A DNA stretch of 64,000 nucleotides, from assembly GCF_018350175.1 (NCBI RefSeq), contig NC_058375.1, positions 38,564,001 to 38,628,000 of the forward strand. The letters are read 5' to 3'. The DNA is from Felis catus. Taxonomy: Eukaryota. Made by a program: the position numbers and the translations under genes. Of this stretch, positions 23,751 to 36,620 are shown in pieces (positions within the stretch are counted from its first letter, which is position 1; each line of letters opens with the position of its first letter). The notes below the pieces were generated by a model. The model had not been told where the DNA came from and did not search any database. It saw nothing but the letters and a program-made list of their open reading frames with translations.

Positions 23751-25945
23751 AGAGGGAGACATTCATACTGGTGGCTGCATTCACAGGTGGCTCAGAGGAT
23801 CAGGAGGAAGTCCAGGTGTTTGGCCAAAATGGACCTGAGGAGCCCTCACCTGGCTGGTCCTCCTGGGGTGTGGGCCTTGGCATTCTCTCTGGTCTCATGC
23901 CCACCTGAGCCCTGGGGCCTTCCCTCCCTCCTGCTTCCTGTGCTCCTGGCTTCCTCATGGCCCTCTCTGTGTCCATGCTTTCTGAACCATCCTGGGTGCA
24001 GAATGCCTTCCTCTTCTCTGCTTTGCCATGTCTTGTTGGTCTTCGAGGATTAGCTCTAATGCCACTTCATTTCTTCATTCATTTTAGAGCCATTCATTCA
24101 AATACTCACTGCTGAGTGTTGCTGGGGTGGGGGTGGGGGGATGCTCTATGCAATCAGAACAGATTCTACCAGCCCAGAAATGACTGTGTCTCCAAGGACC
24201 CAGATTCCCCCAGTATTAGAAGACAAGCCCATTCCCTTAGTTATACTGCAGGAGAGGCCTGAGCGGTGCTGAGAAGCTTCCAGTGCCTTAAACAGATGAT
24301 GACATAGATTGCATTCCCGGGATTGAGGAAGCCATCTCAGCTTTGGACCAGAAGGGATAAAGGAGGCCCTGGGGTGAGGAATGATCTGATCCAAGAGGCC
24401 CTGTGGGTCCAGGAAGAGCACTAGAGATCCAAATAAGAGATGCTAAAGGCATCACTATGCTATTGTTAAGGGATAGAGACACAAAGGGAGGGAGAATCTG
24501 TGCATCTGTAAAGAGAGAGGGGACATGAATGATGGCAATGAGGATCAAAGTGAAAGTTTCCATGTTTGAGCCTCAGGCCCAGCCCTGCCCCCATCAGGCG
24601 GTGGATGTCTAGGATCCACTGGGATCTATGACATCAAGGCAGGATCCCCATTCAGAAACATGGGAATCTTCCACTTGGCATGGGGTCCTTATACAAGGGA
24701 AGCTGGCAATATATAACTGGAGAGGGATCTGGGCCCAGACAGCTACAATACACAGCAGAGAGAGAGAAGGATACCACATTTGGGAAGCTGCTCTAGGTCA
24801 CCTTAATCCCAATGACTCCTCCCTTCTCTACTTCCTTCCTTCCATCTTCTCTTCCTCCCTCTCTCATTTCCTTCCTTCCTTCCTCCCTTCCTCTGTTCTT
24901 TCCTTCTCTAAAAGAAGTATTTATTAAATATTTCTTAAAAATAAATATTTCTCAGGGACTAGGACTGGGGCAATCTCATGGCAATCTTCTTACGAAGAAG
25001 AGGGGAGCCAAAACTCCTATCAGCCAGGAAACGGGCACTCCTGCCTGAGAAGGGGAATTCATTACAACATGTTAAAGAGTCTTTTTTTTTGTCCGAAAGC
25101 TACTGTGTGTGTTGAGATGAGGCTGCCTGTGATCTGAGGGCTGGTAGGGCTGATCAGATCTTTCTTTTTGGTAAGGATGGCTCCTGTTGTGGAGGAAAGG
25201 CTCTACCTGATCTGGAATGTCCTGTGCCCCCCTCCTCCCTCTGTGTCTGCATGGACTGCACCGTTAGAACGCTCTGCTGTTACTTGGAGTGTCCCCCTTG
25301 CACCATTAGCTCCTCACGGGCAAGAGCGTGGCCGGTCTGTCCACGAGCCTTGGAACCTGGCATGTGGTGCCAGCCTGGTGCCCAGCAAAGATTTGCTAAG
25401 TTAATGACTACGTGTTTGTTAAACACACAGAGCAGGTCAGGGCCCACCCTGGCCCCCACCTCAGAGATATGTGCTGCTTCCATTGGACTTGAGTGTTATG
25501 AGCCAGAGACCATGCTTAGTCCATGAATTCCTTTGATTCTCAGAACCACTTTGATTAAAGGGAGGGGGGTGTGCAGACAGTCTCAGCTCATTTATAGAAC
25601 AGATGCAACAATGGTGGCATGGAAGGATGGGATGACTTCCCCAAGTCTTCACATTAAAACAGGGAAAGGTCAGGATTCATTAGTAAGTCACCAAACGTCT
25701 GAGAAAGAAGGACCATTAGAGACCAGTGAATTCAAGCCCCCTTTTTCCAAGTGAGAAAACCGATTGCCAGAGACAGGGTAGTTTGGCTAAAGGGTCAGAC
25801 AATTAAGGCAGGTCACCTGTAAGAAGTTACTCTATACACATGAAATACATTGGGCAATACATCGCAAAGCATCACTTGAACCTTGTCAAGTGGTGAAATC
25901 AATCCTGGCATGAGGGAGAGCGAGTAAAGTGGTTCAAGGCAGACT

Positions 25946-26263
25946 CAGACTAACCAACAGAAGTGTAACGCACGCCACAGGTGTGAGTCACATGTGTGAG
26001 TCTAAATTCTCCAGTAGTCACATTAAAAAAGTAAAAGAAAGAGGTGAAGTTAATTTTAATGACATTTGATTTTACTCAAGTATCTAAAATATTATTTCAG
26101 CATGTAATTGATAGGACAAATTGTATGAATGAGCTATTTATGTTACTTTTTATACTGAGTCTGACATCCAGCTGTGTATCTCACACACACAGCACATCTC
26201 AGTCAGACAGACTGCATTGTAAGTGCTCAGGTGTGGCTTGTGGCTGTGTGGTGGACAGCAGAG
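25946..26263 (-). mobile_element. MER33 (hAT-Charlie)
   Basis: agtagtcacattaaaaaagtaaaagaaagaggtgaagttaattttaat...cagcacatctcag...aagtgctca...tggacagca. Confidence 0.85.
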
Positions 26264-26932
26264 CATTAAAGTCATCAGGGAAGGCTTTCAGGAAGGAGTC
26301 CTTGAGAAGGGGAGGGCATTCGGCAAGGCAGAGTGGAGGTGGAAGGCTTTACACACAGAAGTAACAATTACAAACAAAGGTAGAACATTGAGAATGAGAA
26401 GGCTCTGCTGTCGGAGGTCACTGGCCTGGATGGGGTTGGGGGTCACGTGAGGTGCAAGTTGAGGGTGAAGGTCACGGGGTTGCCCCTCCTTTGTTCTACA
26501 CAGTCCTATTCCAGTGGCCATGACCATCCTTACAACTCACATGGCCCTGGATGGTGTACCAAACACCCTCCTGCTCATTGTGCATTCATATCTTTACATC
26601 ACCCTGCAAAATAGCTGCGGAACAGAAGACAGCTGCCCTCGGTCACACAGCCAAGCCAGCATCGACCTCCGACCTCCCTGCTCCCGCCAGGATGCCAGCC
26701 CTACCTGGAAGGCGAGTACAAAGGGCTCCTCCCTGGACCTGAGCAGGCCTGTGCTCTTGCTGTGTCTCTTGCTGGCCCTCTCTCATCCTCTGCCAGGCCT
26801 GAGCCTCCCACGCTGCCCAAACTGGGAGTTTCCTCCTTTTTAGAGTCCGCCCCATCTTAGAGTCCACCCCGATTTCTCCCTTCTATTAATTTCTGTGAAG
26901 ACCTAAGTTTTATTTAACATATATTTTTTTCA

Positions 26933-27145
26933 GGGGCGCCTGGGTGGCTCAGTCAGTTAAGTGACCGACTTCGGCTCAGGTCGTGATCTCACGGTTCACG
27001 AATTCGAGCCCCGCATTGGGCTCTGTGCTGACAGCTCAGGGCCTGGAGCCTGCTTCCGATTCTGTGTCTCCCTCTCTCTGTACCTCCCCTGCTCGTGCTC
27101 TGTCTCTGTCTCTCAAAAAATAAATAAATATTAAAAAAAAATAAA
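26933..27145 (+). mobile_element. Felid SINEC inserted in the tail of an older antisense SINEC
   Basis: Full body; 17-bp TSD aacatatatttt(t/g)ttca at 26916-26932 and 27146-27162. Confidence 0.96.
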
Positions 27146-27162
27146 AACATATATTTTGTTCA

Positions 27163-27222
27163 CTTTATTTTAGACAGTGCACACAGGAGTGGGGGAAGGG
27201 AAGAGGGGGTGGGGGGGAGAGG

Positions 27223-27268
<46 letters not shown>

Positions 27269-27391
27269 CCCAAGCAAGCTCCACACTCAGCACAGAGTCC
27301 AATGTGGGGCTCAATCCCATAGCCCTGGGATCACAACCTGAGCCAAAATCAAGAGTCAGACGCTCAGCCGACTGAGCCACCCAGGAGCCCC
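27163..27391 (-). mobile_element. Older CanSINE
   Basis: (GA)n tract and antisense head ending tgagccacccaggagcccc. Confidence 0.93.
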
Positions 27392-28169
27392 TCTAAAGAT
27401 TTTTTAAATCAGACTGTTCCCTCCTGTCATTAAAGGTCTAAGAGGGAGAGAGAAGAGAGGTGGTAGAGCGACAGGGAGAGGGTGACAGACTCCTCGGCAA
27501 GTCCCTGATGCTACATCACGCATCAACTAATGGCAATGGATGGTAATTTCAGAAAGAGGGAAACAAACAGAATCTAGCCAGGAGTCCGGTTAATTGTGAG
27601 CTCTAAAGAGGCACTGACAGATTTCAGCCCCAGACCGGGGGCGGTGTGTTGGGGAGCGTTGGAAGTCTGCCATCCCAGCCTCCCACTGGGACCTGCAGGT
27701 ACGGCTGGGGGAGCTGGAAAGGCTCTGTGAGGCTGTCTGTCGAGTCACCCACACAGAGAGCAGCTCAGGCGGTGGAAGGAGTCTCCGAGAGGGAGCGTGG
27801 GCTGGCCACCCCCCGAGGAAACAGAAGGGGGGCAAACACAGTGTTTGTAAATACAACTACGGCCCTGGTCCCCATTCTGGCAGAATTGGATCCCAACCCA
27901 GGCTGTACCCCTATGAGGACTGTGATCTTTGGCAGGTCAGGGCTTTAGCTGCAGTTGGCTTGTCTGTACAGGTGACCCTACTTGCCTCATGGGGTGATTC
28001 AGGAAGTCAAATGGGCTGGTGCCTGTTATGGTGCCCAGCATGTTGTGGGTATCTATACAGGCTAGTGACCACCTCTTTGGGCTTTCTCCCTCCCTCCTTC
28101 CTCCTCTGTCTTCTCACACGGGATGGAGGCAATTGTAAGGTTCTGGGTAGGAATCCTGCGATAGTCCGG

Positions 28170-28370
28170 TAACAGCTGGGGCTTATTGAAACTTACTGTG
28201 TGCCAGGTGCTGTGATAGGTTCTTCCCTGAATTACCTCATTCATCCTCTCAACAACCCTAGTGGGTAACAGCTCTCGTTAGCCTGTGCTTGCTTGATCAC
28301 CGAGCTGGTGAAAGGAAGATACAGCAGCATTCAACCCAAGCCTGTGGCTTCAGAGCTCACACTGTTGATA
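28170..28370 (-). mobile_element. MIR relic
   Basis: ttattgaaacttactgtgtgccaggtgctgtgatagg...ctcattcatcctctcaacaaccctagtggg. Confidence 0.8.
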
Positions 28371-28884
28371 CAGCTCAGGAGAGGTACTTACACACTCATG
28401 TCTTTGCCCTTTCCAAACTCTTTGTTCCTGTTAAGACACAAATGCTAACCCTAATCTGGCTCTTCATTTCATGTCTCCAGCCAGCCACCGGAACCTCTGT
28501 GGCCCAGGACCTGGCTGGGCATAGATTAAGCACCCAAGGAGTATTTCCTGGGGAAGGGAGTGTGTCTATATATTATTTGCACGGGAAAGATATTTAATCA
28601 AACTCACCCTTTACCTGACAGAGAGGAAACTGGGCTAACCCAGAGGTTAGAGTACTTGCTCAAGATTGCTCAACATGGTGGGGGAAAGAATTGGGAATCC
28701 GTCCCAGGGTCCTCGACTCTGGCCAGCATGCTTTCCCTGTCACAGAGCCCATGTCCTGCTTCACAGAAGCAGGTTCCATGATGGCACGTGCACATGTAGA
28801 GATGTACACACTTGTTTCAGTCTTCAGGGTTCGATCCACCTCGGGCAACAACAGGAGGATCTCCTAGCCCCGGCCCTGTGTCTC

Positions 28885-28900
28885 GCCACAAGGTGGCGCT
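28885..28900 (+). promoter_or_regulatory. Candidate CTCF site
   Basis: GCCACAAGGTGGCGCT has one mismatch to the CCASYAGRKGGCRC core; lies in unique sequence with retained CpGs. Confidence 0.55.
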
Positions 28901-29609
28901 CTAGCCGGCACGGCTTTTGCACTCAGCAGCCCAGCTTCCTTGAGAAGCCTCCAAGAGTAAGCCTGGTGAAATCAATTTCTGTTATCTTAACAGATCAGCC
29001 GCAGACTCCACAACACAAAACAGAAACTTCCTTCCAAGTCCACGGGAAAACTGAAAAGCGGAGGCTCCTCTTGTGACTTCAGGTTTTCTGTGGACAGAGA
29101 GTGAGACGCAGCCTGCTGAACGGAGCTCTCCTACTGGGTGCCCTGTAGCGTCCACTGGGGACTTGAGGTTGCAAGGATCTGGCTGCGGCTTCCTCTCCAA
29201 CTCACCCTGACCCGCAGAGACCTAACCGGCCTCCCCCAGTCCCTGGGCACGCAAGCTCTTCTGCTGTGCCATGGTACCAGCTCTGTCCCCAAATGGCTTT
29301 TATCCCCAGGTAATGGAACTCCTACTCAATTAAAAAAAAAAAAAAGTAGAGCCTGTGGTTTGGGGTGTGGTGGCTCACTCCTTCAGGACTCTCGGGGTCC
29401 TGAGGGTTCATTATATGCTGAAGTGTGTGCATTGTTCCTCCTAACCATGGCTGGCACACAGTGAGTGAGCCCAGCCTCTTTCAAGGATCCTAGAGCAGTG
29501 AGGAGTGGCAGGAAAGGATGGGGTGAGAGGTGACCGAATAGGAATACTTGTATACAAATATCTACCACTGGAGGTGCAGAACCACTGACAAGGTTTTTTA
29601 AAGTGGCTT

Positions 29610-29825
29610 CAGAAATAAACATGAGTTTGGATTCTAGCTTTACATAACTAGCTGTGTGTTGGAGGGGGGGAACTTAATGTCTTTAGCTATATGTGCAAAT
29701 GAATTTGTGTTGCTCTTCTTGATTATAAAATGGGGATAATAATCATCCCTTCCATATAAGACTGTTGGGAAAAATAAACCAAGACACTGTGCCCAGTGCC
29801 CAGCAAGTAGTAAGTGTGCGGTCAC
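29610..29825 (+). mobile_element. MIR relic
   Basis: actagctgtgtg...tataaaatggggataataatcatcc...cagtgcccagcaagtagtaagtg. Confidence 0.8.
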
Positions 29826-30423
29826 AGTGATGGGGGCCTAGCTCTTGTGATGAATCTTTATGTGTCTGAGTGGTAGTTTCCTCTAGGCAACGGGGAGGGT
29901 TGCCTCCTCCTTCTCAGTGCCATGCTTAGGCACTCAGTCATCCACCTATTCTGCCAACGTCATTAGCCTGCGCTCTGGGCCAGGCATCAGGAGACCCGTG
30001 GAGGGTAAGACGTCATTAGGCCAAGTGCCTTGAAACCTCACTGAGGGCCCTCTCCTGCCCCAGCCAGCCTGCCCTCCTATAACCAACCTCACCCTCTACT
30101 CAGCCAAAGTTCTTTTCTGGGTTCCCACAACTGTCTCTTGCACATACCTGCTTCTCTCCCCCACCCCACTTCCTCTTTTCTGTTCGAAGATTCCACTGCC
30201 TAAGATTCAGCAATGGGAGATTATATTATTCTGAGTCTGAGACTATATCACTCAGGGGATACAGGACTCCACAATGGGGTGGCTTCACCAAAATTCCCAG
30301 CTGCCAGGTTCCTGACCTGGAGAAAACCCCCTGCTCCAAGGTGTCTGTTTCATCTCCCACATTCCCGGAGACACAGGGTGCTATGATCCTTCCAATTCTG
30401 GATCCCCAGCTGGTAAGAGATGC

Positions 30424-30713
30424 NNNNNNNNNNNNNNNNNNNNNNNNNNNNNNNNNNNNNNNNNNNNNNNNNNNNNNNNNNNNNNNNNNNNNNNNNNNNN
30501 NNNNNNNNNNNNNNNNNNNNNNNNNNNNNNNNNNNNNNNNNNNNNNNNNNNNNNNNNNNNNNNNNNNNNNNNNNNNNNNNNNNNNNNNNNNNNNNNNNNN
30601 NNNNNNNNNNNNNNNNNNNNNNNNNNNNNNNNNNNNNNNNNNNNNNNNNNNNNNNNNNNNNNNNNNNNNNNNNNNNNNNNNNNNNNNNNNNNNNNNNNNN
30701 NNNNNNNNNNNNN
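30424..30713. other. Assembly gap (290 N)
   Basis: Run of N. Confidence 1.
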
Positions 30714-31049
30714 CCCCCTTCTCTTTAACCAGTTGTATTTCAGAACGGAAGGAGGTTGGGGACCCAGCAGACAGCAGTTACAGCTTTGTCCCGGTGCCAG
30801 AAAGAAGGCAGGAGTGGGGGAGAAGCGCAGGCCCCAAAGAGAGAGATTCAGGAGGCAGCCAAACCCAGCAGGCGGATCCCATTTTAAGCACCTCGATCTA
30901 TGAAAATACCAAGTTGTAAACCACATCCCTGAGGGTCTTCAAAGACCTTCAGAGTTCAGTTTCTAAACATGACTCTTGTCATACACAGCCAGACCATGGC
31001 CAAGATGCCCATCATTGCCAGCAAGGCTTCTACTTTTGGAGTTCATCTA

Positions 31050-31159
31050 TTTTTTTTTTTTTATTTCCTTAAGTAATATCTACACCCAATATGGGGCTCG
31101 AACCCATGACCCCAAGATCAAGAGCCACATGTTTACCAACTGAACCAGCCAGGTGCCCC
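31050..31159 (-). mobile_element. Short CT-less CanSINE (SINEC_old-like, tRNA-Lys-like head)
   Basis: Reverse strand ggggcacctggctggttcagttggtaaacatg...ggttcgagccccatattgggtgtagatattacttaa followed by an A tail; degenerate TSD ttggag..tcatct. Confidence 0.88.
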
Positions 31160-31332
31160 TTGGAGGGTCATCTCTAGATATCCCTAGCTGAAACACCTCC
31201 TCATTTGGGGCAGAAACCCGTCTCCTGGCAGGCTTGCCCACACTGGCCCAGGCTCTGCCCTCTGAGGCCCCACAGAACAAAGGTGCTCCTTCTACCCCAG
31301 GACCACTGGACAGGTATTAGAAAATGGTTTCC

Positions 31333-31542
31333 GGGTAGCCTGGGTGGCTCAGTCAGTTAAGCGTCCCACTTCAGCTCAGGTCATGATCTCGCGGTTTGTG
31401 AGTTTGACTCTGCGTCAGGCTGTCTGCTATCAGCACAGAGCCTGCTTTGGGTCTTCTGAGCCTCCCACCCCCCCAACCCCCCCCTGCCTCTGACCCTCCC
31501 CCACTCACACTTTCAAAAATAAATAAACATTTTAAAAAAATA
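31333..31542 (+). mobile_element. Felid SINEC
   Basis: Full body; perfect 12-bp TSD aaaatggtttcc at 31321-31332 and 31543-31554. Confidence 0.96.
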
Positions 31543-32749
31543 AAAATGGTTTCCATCTCTTCCTATGCATCTTCTTCCTCATATAGCCAGGTGTTGGGTG
31601 CCCGGCCAGGCTCTGTGGAGGACACAGCGGAGAACTGTATGCCACTTGCTTCTAAGAGCACAATGTAAACATCATCAGGGGGATACACAAGCTTTCAAAG
31701 CACTGGTACATTTGTTACCTCCTTCGATCCTGGAAGGATCCATATTCTCCTTCCACAGTGTCAAGCTGGTGACCTTCCCAAGGTGGCTCTAGGATCAGGA
31801 AGAATCTATGGGTATTAGATGTTAAAACTGGGAACTTTCTTAGGACCTTCTAGGTCAACCTGGATGTACAACATGGGAAGCGAGTCTAAGGTCACAGCTG
31901 GACAGTGGAAGGACAGGGCTTAGAATGTGGTTGCAGGGACCTTAGATTCCTTGCCCAGGGTCTTTTCCTTTACAAAAGGGCTTGTGATCACCAAGCAGGA
32001 AGAACCACCAAGGCCTTGCTTACTTGTGAAGCTGGGAACAGGACTGAGGGGATAGGAATTGTTCCTGGGAGAGGCCTCACTCCATGTCTGTTGGAAGATC
32101 AGGCTTCTCTGGGGTGAGGATGTGAGAGAATGGGGGAACTGATAGATACTAGAGGAGCATGGGCTCCCTATATAGCCTGAGCAGTAGTGAAAAGGGAGAG
32201 GGTGTTGTGTTCTGAGTCCACAGAATCACAGGCAGCCCTTGTGAAACCTTGGTCACCACCAGGGGACCCTGATGTCCTTCTGCTTGACCCCCCTCCCTGA
32301 GAAGCCCTTGCTGACTGCAGGGTGGGGTGTCCCTCACTGTGCTGACACAGCCTCTGTGCGCCCCTTCATCAGAACGTGCCTCCCATCTATTCCCTATCTG
32401 TATACACTTCTGCCTCCCTCCGCAGACCGGAGACTCCTTGAGGGCAGGGCCGAAGCGGCCATTTATCTATATCCCCTGGGAAATTCGGGTCATGTTCTCT
32501 AGGTGTCACATCCCACCAATAGAGGACTCAGCTGCTCTTCACAAGCAGGACAGGAAGCTGCCAGCCTTGACCCACTAACCTGCAGGGCCAGGGCACTCAC
32601 CACTGCCTGGGTTCATCTCACACATCACTAAAGTGCATCCTTATTAGGAGCCAACAAAGAACAAATGCCTTGTGCTGTCACCTGGTGGTGACTTCCAGCA
32701 TGGCGTCATCCAAATCCACTTTGTTCTTCCTGCTGAATGGGAAGGAAGG

Positions 32750-32955
32750 CTTCTTTATGGAGCCCCTGCCAGGTGCCAGTGCTTTATATACTGTGTCTCT
32801 TACTCTTGATAGCAACTCTGGAAGGTGGGCATTATTCCCACTTTAAATATAGGGAAACTGAGGCTCAGAGAAGTGCAGTAATGCAACTGCAATTAGGAGT
32901 CAAAGATGAGCCTTGGCTCCTCATCTGCTCATAGCCCAGTGTTTTTTCTACTGCT
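32750..32955 (-). mobile_element. MIR relic
   Basis: attattcccactttaaatatagggaaactgaggctcagagaagt. Confidence 0.85.
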
Positions 32956-33959
32956 CCAAAACCTAATCCAAGTGGATGAACCTCTAACTGAGATTTCAGT
33001 ATTGATAAGACAGATAGAAGGAGCATTTGGAGGTTTCTAGCAGCATCTCTGGTATCTGTGAACTCATACCATGTAATCATTCACCTGCCCCACTAGTTCT
33101 GGCTCTTGAGACACACCCAAAGTAAAGAACAAAACCCCTCTAGAAACCCCTCTAGACCTGAAGCTCAAAATCACTTTACTGGGAGTGGGCAAGTGTCCTG
33201 AGGCCTGGGTTGATGTGAGGGGCTAAGACCTTGCTGGTCTGTCGGAAAGGATGGCTGAATATTAGGGAAAGAAAGGGCGTGTCCAGCTTACTGAGCCTGA
33301 CCCTTGTCACACCCTCGACCCCTCAGCCTGACTTCAGACCAAGCTCTAAGGCATTTACTGAATGACTCCCTGACATAGAAAGACTCGTAGGGCTGGACTA
33401 AGCCTGGAAGAGCCTGCGCTCTGGTCCGTGTTCCCCCTCTCCTACATCCCTGCCCCTGGTGACCTGCAACATGTAAGCTCTGCCTCCAGACACACATAGA
33501 CAGGCCCTGGCTTGGGGGTGACCTCAGCTGGGCCATGGGCACTGAGAATGGCTATCAGGCTTGGGGTCTGTCCAAGAGCAGATCACTGGGGTTCAGGGAA
33601 CCACTGAGAAGCAGCAGGGAGACTGGAGCCAATGGAGGTAGGCAATGACCAACCACAGCACAAACCCATGACCAGGAGATGGGGAGAGAAAGGCCAGAGG
33701 GGTACAGTCAATAAGGGGTGGGGAGAAGTCAGTATCCCAGAGCCCTCAGAGATCGTCTCAGCCAACACTGTCATTTCGATCTAAAGAAAAAGGAAATTGC
33801 CCAGGGCTACCTGGTGTGTTGGAAGCCGAGACCAGATCAGAACGGGCACCTCTGCTCCCCATCCTGAGTTCCTCCACTGTTCGGCTGGAGGGCTGGATCC
33901 CTGGGGCATTTCTGGTGCTTTGGCTCTGTCTATCTCACTGCAGCTGTGTGTTCTGGGAG

Positions 33960-34300
33960 TTGGGGTTCTGATCTCCATTTCATAGGCAGAGAAACTAGGG
34001 CTCAGAAAGGAACAAATCTTGCCCAAGAGCACAGATAAAGTCGGAGCAGGACCTGGAACCAAGCAGGATTTCTTGGCCTCACATCCCACCTACTACATGT
34101 CCGGCTCTGCACCAGGTACCTCATGTGTTCCACACCGTCTCAACCTCACAATGCTCCCATAAGGTAATATTATCCCTATTTTACAGTTGAGAATGTTCAG
34201 GCTTGAAAAGTCCAATAACTGGCTCAAGCTCATGGAGTAAATCAGTAGGAAGGAGAGCAGTGTCCAAACCTAGGTCTAGCTGGTCCCAAACCCATCAAGA
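33960..34300 (-). mobile_element. Two adjacent MIR relics
   Basis: ctccatttcataggcagagaaactagggctcagaaagg...tgcccaagagcacac-like core, and tattatccctattttacagttgagaa. Confidence 0.7.
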
Positions 34301-34554
34301 GTCCTAGAATTGCCTCTTCCCACCTTAAAAATGTCATCCATTTAGCTCCCATTGGTGGTAGTAGGTTGGGAGGTCTGCCACTGACCACATTCTTTCAACA
34401 GCAGTGTCTCCATATCCAAGGGTTCTCCTGTCTCTCAAGCCTGACTCCAGGAGGTGCCTGTGATTCCTTCACCTATCTACAGCCTGGTGGATTGTCCTGG
34501 CATGTGGTGGCCCTCTTTCAGTTCTATCCCGTCTTATGAGGAGCCCTGTAAAGA

Positions 34555-34760
34555 CCCAGGCTTTGGAAGCAGGCAGAGGGGTTTGCCTGCTGGCATGGCT
34601 ACTTAATGCTCTGAGACCCCGGGGATGACATAGGCCCTCTCAGAACCTCAGTTTCCATTCTCCATAGAATAGAGACAATAATAACTGGCCTATAGAGATT
34701 CTGTAAGAAAATAAAGTACTTGGCACATAGTAGGTACTCAATTAGTGACTGTCTGAATAG
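34555..34760 (+). mobile_element. MIR relic
   Basis: cctctcagaacctcagtttcc...tggcacatagtaggtactcaa. Confidence 0.8.
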
Positions 34761-34794
34761 CATCACTTTTGTGTATGTGTCACATGTCTCTCTC

Positions 34795-35239
34795 TGTAGC
34801 AAGTGCTGCTTGCTGCCCTGTGCTATCAGCCCACCTCAAAGCGAGCTGACCTGGCATCCCTGGTCAGGTTGGCCTGAGGTCACTCTCTGACGATTGCAGC
34901 CCACTCTGTCCCCATGCGAGGCAGGTCGGAGGTGCCAAGGAATGTATACACCTCACTCTCCCACCTGGCTGCCTTCAGCCAGGAACTGCATGAATTTGTG
35001 GGTAAGTCACCCCGGCCCCCATTGCCCCTACATATTCTATACTATCTCCTAGAGTCCCCAGCAAGACTGGTCCTCAGTTGCCCACAAAGGTAACCTTCTC
35101 AATAACATGCCCTTGACCATCTCCCTTTCCTTTACTGTCTTATTTCCCACTCCCTCCTGGTGTTTCCACTTTCCAAATAATGTCTTGCACTCAAATCCTT
35201 ATCTCAGGGACTTCTTCTTCAGTTATCCAAACTGAGGCT
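34795..35239 (+). mobile_element. ERVL solo LTR (LTR16C-like)
   Basis: Starts tgtagc; cagttgcccacaaaggtaac...ccaaataatgtcttgcactcaaatccttatctcaggg...ccaaactgagg. Confidence 0.75.
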
Positions 35240-36444
35240 CTCATTACTCTGTCAGCTACCTGTGCCTCAATCAGGAAGTGCCCAGCATAGTCTCATGGGC
35301 AGTGGAGTCTACCAAATACCAGCACATTGCTGATCGGGTCCCTTTATTTTAGCCTCCCCAAATCCAGTGATTTGGGACAAGGCCTCAGGGGTAGTCCCTG
35401 AAGCCAAAGCAAGTTTCTCAGCATATCCAGGCTTGTCTGACAGTGCCTCATTCAGGATGCACCTTGTACTCGTCTTCCCGGATGGTGGGCAAACAAAAGG
35501 CTGCTCGGACAATTAAAATGCATGGCATCTGAACGGAGCACAGGGCTCTGTTCTGACAGCAAACAAGGGAGTCCACCACATGTGGAGGTTCAGCTGCCAA
35601 GGCCTTCACTTAGGAAGAAATTAGCCTCAGTGTTCAGAGGAGAGGAGTGTCAGAGGAGATTCCCCTCTGAGAAGTGTGACATGCGGCCCCGACAGGGAGG
35701 AAGGCAGGCCTGGCCTTCTCAGGCTGCCATCCTGTTTGCATGTCGCTCTGCTGTGTTCCAAGTTTCTTGGGGAGTACAGAGCATGGCGTCATCTCTTGCC
35801 TGCCCACAGAAGAGCCAGGACGGAAAGAAAGGGAACTGAGAGGTGTCCATCACCTACTATGTGGCATGGACCTCACATGCATTTCCTTCTCTAATCTGCA
35901 CAAAACTCAGCAAGTCCAGCTATTACTATCCCGTTATTCAAGGGGGGAAGCTGAGTCTCAGGGAGGTGAGACAGGCCTTGCAGTCAAGCATTAAAGCCCA
36001 GTTTTGTCTGACTGCACTATCTTTGTTCTTTCCTTCCTCCCCCACCCTGATGGGATGACAATGTCAATGAAGGGCATATGGCATCAGGGATAAGCTGAGA
36101 TCAGGATGCTTAGCTAAAGTGCAGCTTGAACATTTTGGGAGGGTTTTACCGTCGGCACTCACCCCCAAGCATAGGAGTGGTTGGGAATGAGACTTTGGCC
36201 CATCCTCCCATGACCTTCCAGCCCCACTCGTGCCTTTGCTCCAGCTGTCCCTTGCTTAGGATACTCCTCTCTATTGTCTCTCTTCATCTTCAAGTGCCAG
36301 CTCCAGTCCTCCAGGAAGCCTCCCCTTGCCCTTTCAGACAATCTTGTCTTTCTCACATCCATGTGACCAGACCTAGGAAGCAGCAGCTGTTCTAGAGGAG
36401 AGCCCACCCAGTGAGGTGGGCCAGGGAGATTGCCCTTGCTGTTT

Positions 36445-36620
36445 CTGCATGTGACTCTGTGTGACCACGGACAAGTCTCCGCCTCCTTTTGGGTCTCAGT
36501 TTCTTCATCTGTAAACTGGGAAGAATAATATCTGTCTTGTCTAATTCCAGGTTGTTTTTAGCATCAAGTTAGGGAACAGATATTAGAATTTTTTTAAATT
36601 GTGAATGTGTAGTACACATG
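36445..36620 (+). mobile_element. MIR relic
   Basis: tgtgtgaccacggacaagtc...gtctcagtttcttcatctgtaaactgggaagaataata. Confidence 0.85.

Noticed and set aside
30341-30926. Long ORFs across N runs (also 2695-2956)
   Set aside because: Artefacts of assembly gaps
31085-31159. tRNA-Lys-like sequence
   Set aside because: SINE head with an A tail and TSD, not a tRNA gene; the same holds for all SINEC heads
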